Source: an uncultured Gammaproteobacteria bacterium (GTDB taxonomy: Bacteria; Patescibacteriota; Patescibacteriia; DYHP01). From it: a DNA stretch of 64,000 nt. Position numbers and translations under genes: made by a program. Under the pieces are notes generated by a model. It was not told the origin of the DNA. It saw nothing but the letters and a program-made list of their open reading frames with translations, and did not search any database. The first letter of the stretch is position 1; every line of letters begins with the position of its first letter. Where the stretch lies: positions 40,654-104,653 of the forward strand of contig CAZGDX010000001.1 of NCBI GenBank assembly GCA_964525225.1, read 5' to 3'. Below, one piece after another: positions 19,679 to 31,313 of this stretch.

Positions 19679-19686
19679 ACTTTTTC

Positions 19687-19818
19687 AAACCAAAAAACGG
19701 CCGATTATAAAGAAAATCCGCATCAAAAATCTTCAGTTTTTTCTCTAAGTTTAGATTAAAAGTTAACATAAAGTTCGTTTCAAAACCATCTTTCTCTTTG
19801 CAACCGGTTTTTTGGTTT
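19687..19818 (-). ncRNA. Candidate rod-shaped ncRNA (6S-like) or structured rny leader
   Basis: The two ends pair over ~27 bp (aaccaaaaaac/gttttttggtt plus ccggttgcaaagagaa/ttttctttataatcgg) directly upstream of rny. Confidence 0.4.
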
Positions 19819-19944
19819 TTTTGTTTATTTGTTATATATCCAATTTAGCACATTTGGCGGAAATTGACAATAGGTATTGACTTTTTTTCCAAAAACCCCT
19901 AAATTTAGAGCAAAGGACATTAAAAATTTAAAACGGAGAGTAGA

Positions 19945-20526
19945 ATGCTAAAAAGGTTAGAAGATTGGCTTGGGCGGATTCCGCGCTGGACCGCGCTGAT
20001 TTTGTGGCTCGTTATGGCAAGCCCGTACGTGCCTATCAACTACCTTCTTCCGTATGAGGCGGGGCAGTTCCCATTGTTTCCGTGGGAAGACAGAATTCCT
20101 TTTATGGGTTGGACTATTTATATCTATGTTTCTTTCTTTTTACTCATTCCGGTGGCGATGTATCTTATTCCAAAGGAAAAATTTGGCAGAGTTTTTCTAT
20201 CTCTCTGTGTTTTGTGCTGGGTGCATTTTATTTTTTTCATTTTTTTTCCGGTAACATATCCGCGGACTTACAGCGATGGCGGACATATTTTCTTCGCGCT
20301 GGTGAAACTTTTGGACCAGCCGAACAATTGTTTTCCGTCGCTTCATGTGGCGATTTCGGTTTTCTTGACCATTGCCGTGTGGCGGACGCGCCATAGACAG
20401 GCGGGAACTCTTATGGCTTTCTGGACGCTTCTGATTATCATTTCAACCCTGACTGTCAAGCAACATTACGCGCTGGATATTATCGGAGGAATCGGGATGG
20501 CAGTTCTTGCGTCGTTTTTGCTCTGA
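19945..20526 (+). CDS. PAP2-superfamily membrane phosphatase/phosphotransferase
   Basis: FPVTYPR, NCFPSLHV and STLTVKQHY..DIIGG motifs; multiple TM helices. Confidence 0.85.
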   Translation: MLKRLEDWLGRIPRWTALILWLVMASPYVPINYLLPYEAGQFPLFPWEDRIPFMGWTIYIYVSFFLLIPVAMYLIPKEKFGRVFLSLCVLCWVHFIFFIFFPVTYPRTYSDGGHIFFALVKLLDQPNNCFPSLHVAISVFLTIAVWRTRHRQAGTLMAFWTLLIIISTLTVKQHYALDIIGGIGMAVLASFLL

Positions 20527-20642
20527 TTATGTGAGAAAAAAGTTTTAGAATCAGACCCGCTCTTTAGCAGGTCTTTTTTAATTTGTCATCCTTGGGGCCG
20601 CGGAGCGGATCCTTGGGATCCACGTGGATTTTTGCCGGCGGA

Positions 20643-20743
20643 CTTTGGGTCACCAGGCACGTCTCCGTATTTACTTTGGGGTGTCGGGCACCTCTCCTTG
20701 GTCTTTGCGGCACACCGCGGACAACGGAGCGGTACCCGACATC
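20643..20743. repeat. ~100-nt structured repeat; inverted homolog at 45842-45960
   Basis: Shared ggggtgtcgRgYaYc..ctccttgg..gcacac..gacaa..cggag..tacccgaca sequence with a covarying stem pair. Confidence 0.75.
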
Positions 20744-20815
20744 ATTTAATTTTAGACATTAGGAATTAGATACTTGGAATTAAAAAAATCACCCCTTTCG
20801 GGGTGATTTTTTTTC

Positions 20816-22480
<1,665 letters not shown>

Positions 22481-22587
22481 TTAATGGGTACTAAACTTCC
22501 ACAAATCTATGCCACGAATACGCACGAATTAGAAAATTAATTTATTAGTGCGAATTAGCGATAGAAATTAGTGGGAGTCTAGTTCCT

Positions 22588-22875
22588 TTATTCAATAATT
22601 GCCAAGACGTCCGATTCCGAAATAAGTAATAATACTTCGCCGTCTGTTTTTATTTCGTCCGGACTGTATTTTTTAAACATAACAATATCGTCAATTTTGA
22701 CGGACATCGGAGCTTTGTTGCCGTTTTCAAGCGTCCTCCCCGGGCCTGTGGCAATAATTTTTCCTTTTTCCGGTTTTTCCTTTGCTGTATCGGGCAAAAG
22801 GATTCCGGATTTCGTGGCCGCTTCTTCAGCGAGCGGCTTGACCAAAATTCGGTCGCCTAATGGACGTATGTTCAT
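22588..22875 (-). CDS. groS: Co-chaperonin GroES
   Basis: MNIRPLGDRILVK..TKSGILLPDTAKEKP; start at ATG 22875. Confidence 0.97.
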   Translation of the reverse strand: MNIRPLGDRILVKPLAEEAATKSGILLPDTAKEKPEKGKIIATGPGRTLENGNKAPMSVKIDDIVMFKKYSPDEIKTDGEVLLLISESDVLAIIE

Positions 22876-23023
22876 AAGGTTTTGTTTATCGGCAAAAGTA
22901 TAAAATATTATTTTATCGCTTTTTGCCTTTCTTAATTTCAGATTATATCTTGGCAAAATATATGGGATTTGTCAAGTAAAAAATACCCCGACTTAATAGC
23001 CGGGGCGGGTATGAGGATATAAT

Positions 23024-23458
23024 TTAAAACTTTTCTTTAAAAGTCCAGTATTTGTTCATGGTGAAATTCCATGCCCAGGAAATTGTGCCGACACAGAGTT
23101 TGGCTATTATATCGTGGACGCCGATTTTTACGAGACCATAGAGAACTGCTTCGGAAAGCAACAAACTGGAACCGCAGATGATAATGTATTTTAGGTATTG
23201 CCGGATTTTTTTGACATCTTTATTTTCAAAAGTCCATTTTTTATTCCAAATAAATCCCCAGCCGGTGGCTGTAAGAAAAGATATGGCATTGGCAATGAGG
23301 TAGTGTTCGCCAAAAAAAATGGTAAATCTCGTAAGCGCCCAATAAATAAAAAAATCTATTGAGGCGCTTGTAGCCCCGATAATTGAGTATTTTATAAAAT
23401 GTCTGAACCCGCGCGGAAGTATTATCCAGCAATTTTTTACTTTTGCGATAATAAACAT
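23024..23458 (-). CDS. GtrA-family membrane protein
   Basis: FIKYSIIG..ANAISF..NKKWTF..WNFTMNKYWTF. Confidence 0.88.
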   Translation of the reverse strand: MFIIAKVKNCWIILPRGFRHFIKYSIIGATSASIDFFIYWALTRFTIFFGEHYLIANAISFLTATGWGFIWNKKWTFENKDVKKIRQYLKYIIICGSSLLLSEAVLYGLVKIGVHDIIAKLCVGTISWAWNFTMNKYWTFKEKF

Positions 23459-23565
23459 AATTTTCCGAAATTTTCAGTTTTAATTTTTAAATTTTAATTT
23501 ATTTTATTAAAAAGTAATTTAAAATTTATAAATTAAAATTGGGAAAGTTGCTTGTTGAGATAAAA

Positions 23566-24804
23566 TTATGTTTTTGTTTTGTTTGCTAAACAAGATAAAC
23601 CGACAACAAATCCCACCAACATTATACCAGCATAGATGCTTATTGGGTAATGGTCAAAAAGTCCGAGAATTAAAATGGGAGAGAGGAAAATAATTTTTAA
23701 TTTTAAATTATAAATTATAAATAAAATCATCAAAAATAAAAATGCTAAAATGCCAAATTTTGAAATAAAAAGAAGATAAATATTGTGCGTTGGCTGGTAT
23801 GCGAAAGATTTCAGATTTGGGTTAATTTCATTTTTCAGCGCCAGCGTATAATTTCCAGGACCCACGCCGAAAACAGGATGGAGTTTTATGATTTTGAAAG
23901 ATTCGCGGTAGAACTGCATCCGTTCGGCGTTTGATTTTTCTTCAAGCCGTGCGACACCCTCCACGCGAGTTTTTAGCAAAGGAGTGTAAATAAAAGAAAG
24001 AATCAGAGGTATGGTGGCGCAAACAATGGTTATAGACGCGATTTTTTTTAAGTTTGTTTTATTTTTTAAGTTGGCGAGTAAAAAAATCAGCAAGCAAAAA
24101 ATCAGGGCAATCCATGCGGCGCGGGAAAATGTTAAAAATAATGCTGAAGATAAAATTATTATTGCGGGAAATACTAATTTTGATTCTTTGTGGACATATA
24201 AAATTGCTAGAAGAAAAATCGCGATTACTAGATATCCTGCCAAAATGTTTGGATGAGGAAGCGCGCCATAAGCTCTTAGCCAGCGTCCGCTTCCTGTTTC
24301 AACGACCGATGCCCCAAGGATTGACGCGTTTTGCAAAGCCATTCCGAGCCATTTTGAAGAAAATGATGTTTGAGTAAAAAATTGCCAAAACGCGACAGAT
24401 GCCTGAATCAGCATACCGCCAGAAAATGCGTAAATTATTTTTTTAAAATTCGCCAGTTTGTAAATTAAAAATGCCAGAATTCCTCCTTCGGCGATTTTCA
24501 GAAGCGTATAAAACGCCAGCGCCGGATTAAACGCCAAAACAGCGGATATGAACGAAAAAATTAAAAATAAAAAAATCAGTATTTTAAATCGTAAATCGTA
24601 AATCGTAAATCGTAAATTTTCATTCTTAATCAGATAAAACAAACTTATCAAGGTTATCGTCCATAAGATTATCTCTGTCCCATAAAGCGAATAAGTATTA
24701 TATTCGGAATAGCCGTTCAAATTTCCGGCTTTAATAATCCACCGCGTTTGCCACGGCAATAAAAAGACAAGAAGATAAATCCCGTATTCTAAAATTTTCT
24801 TCAT
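23566..24804 (-). CDS. O-antigen ligase family protein
   Basis: RAYGALPHPNILAGY, LTFSRAAW, HPVFGVGPGNY, PTHNIYL. Confidence 0.88.
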   Translation of the reverse strand: MKKILEYGIYLLVFLLPWQTRWIIKAGNLNGYSEYNTYSLYGTEIILWTITLISLFYLIKNENLRFTIYDLRFKILIFLFLIFSFISAVLAFNPALAFYTLLKIAEGGILAFLIYKLANFKKIIYAFSGGMLIQASVAFWQFFTQTSFSSKWLGMALQNASILGASVVETGSGRWLRAYGALPHPNILAGYLVIAIFLLAILYVHKESKLVFPAIIILSSALFLTFSRAAWIALIFCLLIFLLANLKNKTNLKKIASITIVCATIPLILSFIYTPLLKTRVEGVARLEEKSNAERMQFYRESFKIIKLHPVFGVGPGNYTLALKNEINPNLKSFAYQPTHNIYLLFISKFGILAFLFLMILFIIYNLKLKIIFLSPILILGLFDHYPISIYAGIMLVGFVVGLSCLANKTKT

Positions 24805-24807
24805 ACT

Positions 24808-25767
24808 TTATACTTTCGGGGGACCGTCCCCCGACGCGGGGGACGGTCCCCACGTAGTTATTTTATAAAATTTGTTTCTTAAATCTTCGCGGGAATCATG
24901 CGTATGAAATTTAAGTATGCTGTCGGTTATGACGACATTGGTATTTTTATTTGCCAGTCGTTTTAAATTTTCCGGCATTATTCCAAGTTGAATTTTTTTC
25001 GTTTTTTGTTCAAGCCAATCGCCAAAAAAACCTTGAAAAATTTTTTCAAAGTATTCGGCAACGGAGGATATGGCGATATTTCTTCGCGCCGGCGGTTTTT
25101 TTGCGACAAGGGCGTTTGGTAAAAAATCGTTGACCCACTTATTTTCTTCGCCGAATTTTTTATTAAACCCGTCTTTTTCTAAAATCGGCGCCATCTGGCA
25201 CACCCAATACGAAAAATGTGGGTCGTCCGGCGCGCCCAATTCGTTTTTAAGGGCCAGATTTTTTAGGTTGATATTGTCTTCGTCAATAAAAAAACTCGGG
25301 CATATCGCGTCGCGTGAATTTTCTCCGGGACGCATCTTGAATAGTTTTAAAAAACCGGTTATCAGCAGCCGCGCGAGCCAGATTCGTTTGCGCGAGGTAA
25401 TAACGAAGAGGTCTATATCACTTCCGTCGGGCGCGTTTGAATATCCCAAATCATTACAGACGGAAATCATTTTAATAAATGGAAAAAAAGAAAATATCCG
25501 CGCGAGACGCATAACTTTTTTATATTTTCTTTCGGCAAAAAGATATTTTTCCGCCCGTTCCGCCAAAATATTTTCTTTTCCGCGGATAAAATAAAAACCG
25601 TCTTTTTCCTGCAAAACGGTTTTTATCTCCTCGCTTTTTAATATCGTAAAAATTTCGGGAAGCGTTAAAATTTTTTCGTTTTTATATTGCCATTTCCAAA
25701 TTTCTTCGGCGCGGAGCGTCCAATTATAAATATCAAAATAGGATATTGTCCGCAAAATATTTTTCAT
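24808..25767 (-). CDS. Putative nucleotidyltransferase-fold protein
   Basis: SDIDLFVIT motif; the C-terminal residues are encoded by a palindrome (24819-24851). Confidence 0.65.
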   Translation of the reverse strand: MKNILRTISYFDIYNWTLRAEEIWKWQYKNEKILTLPEIFTILKSEEIKTVLQEKDGFYFIRGKENILAERAEKYLFAERKYKKVMRLARIFSFFPFIKMISVCNDLGYSNAPDGSDIDLFVITSRKRIWLARLLITGFLKLFKMRPGENSRDAICPSFFIDEDNINLKNLALKNELGAPDDPHFSYWVCQMAPILEKDGFNKKFGEENKWVNDFLPNALVAKKPPARRNIAISSVAEYFEKIFQGFFGDWLEQKTKKIQLGIMPENLKRLANKNTNVVITDSILKFHTHDSREDLRNKFYKITTWGPSPASGDGPPKV

Positions 25768-25776
25768 ACATTGCTT

Positions 25777-26073
25777 TTATTTGGATGTTGCCGTAAGCGC
25801 GGGTTCCGTTTTTTTCATAAGAGTTTCTGTCGTATTTGATTTTATTTTTTCGCGGATTGCTCCATCTTCAACTATCATTTTTTGGCCGTCTATAGAGAGC
25901 ACCTGATTTCTTCCGATTATCAGATTTTCATTGCTGATAAATCCGCATCTGACGGCATACGAATTTACAATATGCGATTCAATATCCAAATTAATATCCG
26001 CGACTTTGCCGATTTTTGTTCCGCCACTCGTTTCAACCGGAAGCCCGATTATTTTTTTTGCATTCAAAATCAT
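25777..26073 (-). CDS. PRC-barrel domain protein
   Basis: IIGLPVETSGGTKIGKVADINLD. Confidence 0.82.
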   Translation of the reverse strand: MILNAKKIIGLPVETSGGTKIGKVADINLDIESHIVNSYAVRCGFISNENLIIGRNQVLSIDGQKMIVEDGAIREKIKSNTTETLMKKTEPALTATSK

Positions 26074-26076
26074 AAA

Positions 26077-26805
26077 TTAAATTACTTTTTTTGGCCGTAG
26101 GAATATCCATTGTTGAACAATTGTCAGCGCGTTCATAACTAGCCAGTAAAGCACCAGTCCTCCCGGAAGGGAATAGCCGATGAATACTGTGAGAATCGGC
26201 ATCATATAGAGCATTTGTTTATTCATTGAGCCAAGCATTGCCTCATCTTTGCTTCCAGGGTCTTTTTGGGCAACACGCGCCGGTGACGAAGTTGTCATCA
26301 TTTTTCCTTGAAAAAATTGCGTGATGCCGGCAAGCAGGCAAAGAATCACATTTTTGCTTTCGGCGAGGTCCATAAATTCCAGAAAGATGGTGTCAATGTG
26401 TCCCGGATTGGCGACAAAAGGATAAAGCGCTTCAAAGCCGCTGGATTTCAATCCGGCCGCGAGCACCTGATAAAGCGCTATCAAAAACGGAAGCTGGATT
26501 AAAATCGGCAAACACGAAGAAAACGGATTTACTTTTTCTTTGCGGTAAAGTTCCATTATCGCTTTTGACATTTCTTCTTTTTGATTTTTATATTTTTCTT
26601 TTATTTCGTTTATTTTGGGTTGAATTTCCTGCAATGCTTTTTGCGAACGCAAAGATTTTATCGTCAGGGGAAAAAGCAAAAATTTTAAAATTACCGTTAG
26701 CGCAATAATCGCAATGCCGATATCATAACCAGGGATGACGTCATAGAGCCAGACCAAAAGATTGAATATCGGTTGGTAAAATATGATGTGAAATAAATTA
26801 GCCAT
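26077..26805 (-). CDS. yidC: Membrane protein insertase YidC/Oxa1
   Basis: GIAIIALT, QPKINEIKEKY, VNPFSSCLPILIQLP, GLVLYW. Confidence 0.94.
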   Translation of the reverse strand: MANLFHIIFYQPIFNLLVWLYDVIPGYDIGIAIIALTVILKFLLFPLTIKSLRSQKALQEIQPKINEIKEKYKNQKEEMSKAIMELYRKEKVNPFSSCLPILIQLPFLIALYQVLAAGLKSSGFEALYPFVANPGHIDTIFLEFMDLAESKNVILCLLAGITQFFQGKMMTTSSPARVAQKDPGSKDEAMLGSMNKQMLYMMPILTVFIGYSLPGGLVLYWLVMNALTIVQQWIFLRPKKVI

Positions 26806-26809
26806 GGAT

Positions 26810-28186
26810 TTATTTTTTAGTGTTATTTTCTTTTATTTTATCAGTTTCTGTTTCTTTCGGCGAGGTTTCTTTTTTTGTTTCTTCCGGAGATTCGGCAATC
26901 GGAGGATTTTCGGCAGGAATTTCCGGTTTGGTTTCCTCCGCGGTTTCTTGTCCGGTTTCGGTCTTTTCCGCAACTTCGGTTTCTTTTTCTTTTGTTTCTT
27001 CCGGGATGTCTTTTGCTTTAATTTCTTCAATAGTAATGGTCCAGCCGGTCAGTCGCGCGGCCAAACGGACATTTTGTCCGCCTCTGCCGATAGCCAAAGA
27101 AAGCTGGTCGGATGAAACATGGGCGGTTGCGAGCTTGGTTTCCTGATTTAAATTTATTTTTTGGATTTTTGCCGGAGAAAGCGCGTTTCCGATAAATTTT
27201 TCCACATTTTCGCTGTATTCAACTATATCTATTTTTTCGCCGCCGAGTTCATTGATGATTGTTTGGATGCGAGTGCCGCGCTGGCCGATGCAGGAACCGA
27301 CCGGGTCAACGTTTTCTTCTTTTGAAGAAACCGCGATTTTGGTCCGCGATCCGGCTTCGCGCGCCACAGAGTTGATTGTAACGGCGCCTTCCGCGATTTC
27401 CGGAATTTCGGACATAAAAAGTTTTTTTACCAATTCCGGATGCGCGCGGGAAATCGTTATTTCTGGTCCGCGCGAACCGATTGTGACTGATTCAACATAA
27501 ACCTTTATGCGGTCGCCCGGATTATATCTTTCGGTCGGGATTTGTCCTTCGGGCGGTATGACGGCCGTGATTTTTCCAAGGTCAACTAAAACTACCCGGC
27601 CTTCGCGCCTTTGCACGATGCCGATAAGGACCTGTTGTTCCTTGTCTTTGAATTCCGCAAAGACATTTTCCCGTTCGGCTTCGCGGAGACGTTGGGTGAT
27701 TACTTGTTTTGCCGTTTGCGCGGCCATTCTTCCGAATTCGCCCGGAACTTCAAGTTCGGTTTTTAAAACTTCATCAAGTTTCGCGCTTTTCTTAATTTTT
27801 TTTGCTTCGGAAAGGGAAATATTAAGTTTCGGGCTGAAGCGCGGTTTTTCCTCTTCGCCTTCCGCCGGAACAATTTCTTCCTTTTCTTCCTTGGCGAGAG
27901 GAACAGCAACGCCTTCGGCTTCCATTTGTTCGCGCAATTTGGCGCGTTCTTCCATTTCTTTCTGGTATTCTTCAAAAAGCTCGTCAGAAACTACGGTTTT
28001 AATATCAAAAACGCGAAGAGCTCCGGTTTCCGGGTCAAATTCGGCTTTCAGATTTTGATTTTTTTCGCCAAAATCTTTGCGGTACGCGGAAGCCAACGCG
28101 GATTCCACTGTTTCCAAAACAGATTCGTACGAAAGATTTTTTTCCTCGCAGATTTGTTTGATTGCTTGCATTATTGGTGACGACAT
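26810..28186 (-). CDS. nusA: Transcription factor NusA
   Basis: FGRMAAQTAKQVI, AREAGSRTKIAV, SLAIGRGGQNVRLAARLTGW. Confidence 0.97.
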   Translation of the reverse strand: MSSPIMQAIKQICEEKNLSYESVLETVESALASAYRKDFGEKNQNLKAEFDPETGALRVFDIKTVVSDELFEEYQKEMEERAKLREQMEAEGVAVPLAKEEKEEIVPAEGEEEKPRFSPKLNISLSEAKKIKKSAKLDEVLKTELEVPGEFGRMAAQTAKQVITQRLREAERENVFAEFKDKEQQVLIGIVQRREGRVVLVDLGKITAVIPPEGQIPTERYNPGDRIKVYVESVTIGSRGPEITISRAHPELVKKLFMSEIPEIAEGAVTINSVAREAGSRTKIAVSSKEENVDPVGSCIGQRGTRIQTIINELGGEKIDIVEYSENVEKFIGNALSPAKIQKINLNQETKLATAHVSSDQLSLAIGRGGQNVRLAARLTGWTITIEEIKAKDIPEETKEKETEVAEKTETGQETAEETKPEIPAENPPIAESPEETKKETSPKETETDKIKENNTKK

Positions 28187-28449
28187 GATGTTTTATAGGG
28201 ATACAACTTCCACTAATTTTTTTCACCAATAAGCACGAATAATTAGTGCGGATTAGTGATATAGATTTGTGGGAGTCTTGTTCCTTTTTAATTAGTGCTT
28301 AATAAAAATGACCAGTCCGCAGAGACCAGTCCTTATGTTTTTATAATACTATAAATTGAAATAAATGTCAAGCGATTGACAAAAGTTGAGTTTTTTGATA
28401 AGTTGATTTAATGTTCGTTAAAATAAAAAAAAGAAAGAAGGGAAAGAAA

Positions 28450-28674
28450 ATGTCCGACAAAACAGATTTTGAAAAGGCGCGGAAAGCAAAGGCAAAATTG
28501 GCGGCAAAAATCAGACATTTGCATTGCGCAATCGGAATCGGCAGAAATGATAATGGTTTCATTCTCGTGGTGCAGGTAAAAGAATTAACCCCGGAAATCA
28601 AGGTGGCCATTCCGGACGAATTCGAAGGATTTGAAGTGAAAGTTGAGGCGGTTGGGCAGATCCGTCCGAGATAA
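28450..28674 (+). CDS. Hypothetical small protein (accessory cassette)
   Basis: Own TTGACA promoter, purine-rich SD and terminator; ends IPDEFEGFEVKVEAVGQIRPR. Confidence 0.65.
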   Translation: MSDKTDFEKARKAKAKLAAKIRHLHCAIGIGRNDNGFILVVQVKELTPEIKVAIPDEFEGFEVKVEAVGQIRPR

Positions 28675-28709
28675 AAGAATAAAGAGCGGTAATGTTCCGC
28701 TCTTTTTAA

Positions 28710-29069
28710 TTAACAAATACTTTCCAAAAACCGTACTTTGGCTTTTTTTGTTTTATAATCCAAGTCAATCGCCACGCAATCTATTTGGTAATTTTCGTGG
28801 CTGATATTATTTTCTGAAAGATAGCGATAAACCGATTTTGTAATCCGCTCCTGTTTTATTTTGGTAATCGCTTCTTCGGGCAAACCAAAAACGCGGTTGG
28901 TCCGCGTTTTTACTTCTACAAAATGCAAATGCCCATCTTTTTCCGCAACCACATCTATTTCGCCAAGCCGGCCGGCGTGATATTGTCCGCCAAGAATTTT
29001 ATATCCTTTGCCAACCAGGTATTTTTTGGCAATTTCCTCCCCAAGATTTCCTGTGGCGCGGGTTTTCAT
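28710..29069 (-). CDS. yraN: YraN family endonuclease
   Basis: GNLGEEIA..GEIDVVA..FVEVKTR. Confidence 0.9.
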   Translation of the reverse strand: MKTRATGNLGEEIAKKYLVGKGYKILGGQYHAGRLGEIDVVAEKDGHLHFVEVKTRTNRVFGLPEEAITKIKQERITKSVYRYLSENNISHENYQIDCVAIDLDYKTKKAKVRFLESIC

Positions 29070-29072
29070 AAT

Positions 29073-29477
29073 TTATTTTTTCTTCGGCAAATATTTTTCA
29101 AAACTTGCTTTGTCTTTATCCGCTTTTCTTTCTTTCGGCATTTTTTTTATCAAATCGTAAATAATAAATCCGAGCCAGGTCAAAAATCCCAAAATCCATA
29201 TCAGATACCAGAACCGCGCTCCGAAAACATAGGCCTTTTCGTAAGTAAAAAACAAAAGCGCAAATCCGGCGGCGCCGAGAGCCAGAAACATTCTTTGGAA
29301 GCGGTCAAATCTTTTTCTAAGGTATGAATCAATTTTTTTATCTTTTTTTATAAATGAAAAGACGATTGAAACAATTATGAATAATCCGAACAAGCTTATC
29401 AAAACTATTTCATAGCCCTGAAACAGGGGAGCCGGGCGCAGTGTGAACCAGAATGAAGGAGTAAAAAATTTAAGCAT
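29073..29477 (-). CDS. Hypothetical membrane protein
   Basis: Three TM segments; ends KYLPKKK; abuts yraN. Confidence 0.7.
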   Translation of the reverse strand: MLKFFTPSFWFTLRPAPLFQGYEIVLISLFGLFIIVSIVFSFIKKDKKIDSYLRKRFDRFQRMFLALGAAGFALLFFTYEKAYVFGARFWYLIWILGFLTWLGFIIYDLIKKMPKERKADKDKASFEKYLPKKK

Positions 29478-29620
29478 AGATTTTGAAATTTAAAGTTTAT
29501 ATCTTTCTTTTTATCGCATTTTGTCGCAACTTGTCAAATCAACATTGACAGCGAAGAAATAATTTGATATAGTAAAGTGATTTGAAAATTAACAATAAAA
29601 AGAAAAGAAAGGAAGCTGAA

Positions 29621-30196
29621 ATGGAATACAAATGCGAAGAGTGCGGTTATAAGTGGAATCGCATTGAAGCTGGCCGGGCAAGATATTGCCAGCGATGCGG
29701 TTCGGATAGGATAGCACAGATTGGTTTGATAGGAGAAGCGTGGAGGACCATCAAGCTCGGTCTCCACAAGAGCGTTGACGAGTATCATCGCGCTCTCCAT
29801 GCGGCTGGTTTTTACATCAATAGCTGGGCCGATGATATTCTCGGACGCGTCACTTTTTCTGTGGCGGAAAGAGAAGTTAATCTTGTTGTTCGTTCCGTCG
29901 CCGAGCTGGGATTCGCCAATGGCGCCACATTCGCGCAAATCTGTGACGCCGCCAAGAAGCTCGGTCTGTCGCTGTGCCCCGCGGAAGTTGGTCCGGCGTT
30001 CCGCGAGCAGTATTGCGATCAGCCGATGTACGAATGGCTTATCATTGCCATGGAGCCGATTTCCGCCTCGGACGGCAGCCTCCGCGTGTTCTACGTGGCG
30101 CGCATTGGTGACGGTCTCTGGCTGGGCAACAGCTATGGCTCTCCCAGGGTTGTCTGGAATGCTGGCAACCGGTTCGTGTTCGCGTCCAGCAGGTGA
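29621..30196 (+). CDS. Putative DGR-type target protein with N-terminal zinc ribbon
   Basis: CEECG..CQRCG; LGLSLCPAEVGPAFREQYCDQP; variable-region-like tail DGSLRVFYVARIGDGLWLGNSYGSPRVVWNAGNRFVF; promoter at 29545-29573. Confidence 0.72.
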   Translation: MEYKCEECGYKWNRIEAGRARYCQRCGSDRIAQIGLIGEAWRTIKLGLHKSVDEYHRALHAAGFYINSWADDILGRVTFSVAEREVNLVVRSVAELGFANGATFAQICDAAKKLGLSLCPAEVGPAFREQYCDQPMYEWLIIAMEPISASDGSLRVFYVARIGDGLWLGNSYGSPRVVWNAGNRFVFASSR

Positions 30197-30349
30197 TCTG
30201 TACCTTTAGGCACCTTACTTCCCACCCCTTACCCTTGGATTTTTTCCGAGGGTCTTTTAAAATAAAAAATTATGCTATCTTTCACGGTCGTAAAAGATAG
30301 TATAAAAATAAAACACCGTGATTTTTTGTCGCGGTGTTTTTGTCTATGA

Positions 30350-30889
30350 TTATTTTACGAATATTATTCCGAAGTGGTATGGGCCGGCTTTGAATTCTTC
30401 CAAGAATTTAAGCCCGATTTCTTCCGCGTCTTTTTTAATTCGTTCCGGGTCAGGCCGGTTTTTGGTCGGAGGACCGAATGGCGCGGAGGTCTTTTCCCAA
30501 TCCACTATTAGAAGTTTTCCGCCGGGTTTTATGAGCCGCGCGGCTTCGCGTATCATATCCGCTTTTGCCCCAACATTATGCAAAAAGGCGATATCCACTT
30601 CGTTGTTGCCAACCTTTGTGCCGCCCAAAACTTCAATATCCGACCAGATTGTCTGGACATTGGAAACGCCTTCCATTTTTATCCGGCTTTCAATCCCGGC
30701 AAGCGCTGATTTCAAAATATCAATCGCGTAAACCGCGCCTCTATCGCCAACTAAGTGCGAGGCGGCGAATACAAAATGCCCCATGGTGCCGCATCCTAAA
30801 TCGGCAATTTTCATACCCTCGCCGATGCCGGCCCTTTTTAAAATTTCAAAAGGATTTAAGAGCTCTGTTCCTGATGGAATGTATGTCAT
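30350..30889 (-). CDS. Class I SAM-dependent methyltransferase
   Basis: IADLGCGTMG, VYAIDI, IKPGGKLLIVDW. Confidence 0.88.
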   Translation of the reverse strand: MTYIPSGTELLNPFEILKRAGIGEGMKIADLGCGTMGHFVFAASHLVGDRGAVYAIDILKSALAGIESRIKMEGVSNVQTIWSDIEVLGGTKVGNNEVDIAFLHNVGAKADMIREAARLIKPGGKLLIVDWEKTSAPFGPPTKNRPDPERIKKDAEEIGLKFLEEFKAGPYHFGIIFVK

Positions 30890-30990
30890 AATTTTATATT
30901 GTACAAAACTTCCACAAATCTATGCCACTAATCCGCACTAATTATTCGTGAGTATTTGTGATAAAAATTAGTGGAAGTCTATTTCATTTA

Positions 30991-31248
30991 TTATTTTACC
31001 CCTTGGAATATCGGACCGAAAAACCACATTATTATATCATCCAAACTTCCGCTTACCCAGATAAAACAGATTAAGATTATTAAAATTCCGAGAAGTTTGT
31101 AAAAAGTGTGCGAACCGCCGAAAGTTCCCAGATATTTTTCCGCGAACGGCACGCTGCCGACATTGTACAAAAACCAGGTGGCTTTCCAGACAAGCAAAAA
31201 TCCCAAGACCATTCCGCCGATTCCCAAAATGTATTTTATAATGCCCAT
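30991..31248 (-). CDS. Hypothetical membrane protein
   Basis: Two TM helices; FAEKYLGTFGGSHTFYKLLG. Confidence 0.7.
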   Translation of the reverse strand: MGIIKYILGIGGMVLGFLLVWKATWFLYNVGSVPFAEKYLGTFGGSHTFYKLLGILIILICFIWVSGSLDDIIMWFFGPIFQGVK

Positions 31249-31313
31249 ATATTCACATTATAGCAAAAATTTAAGAAAACAAAAAACTCCGAAAAAATTC
31301 GGAGTGTGCTGTT

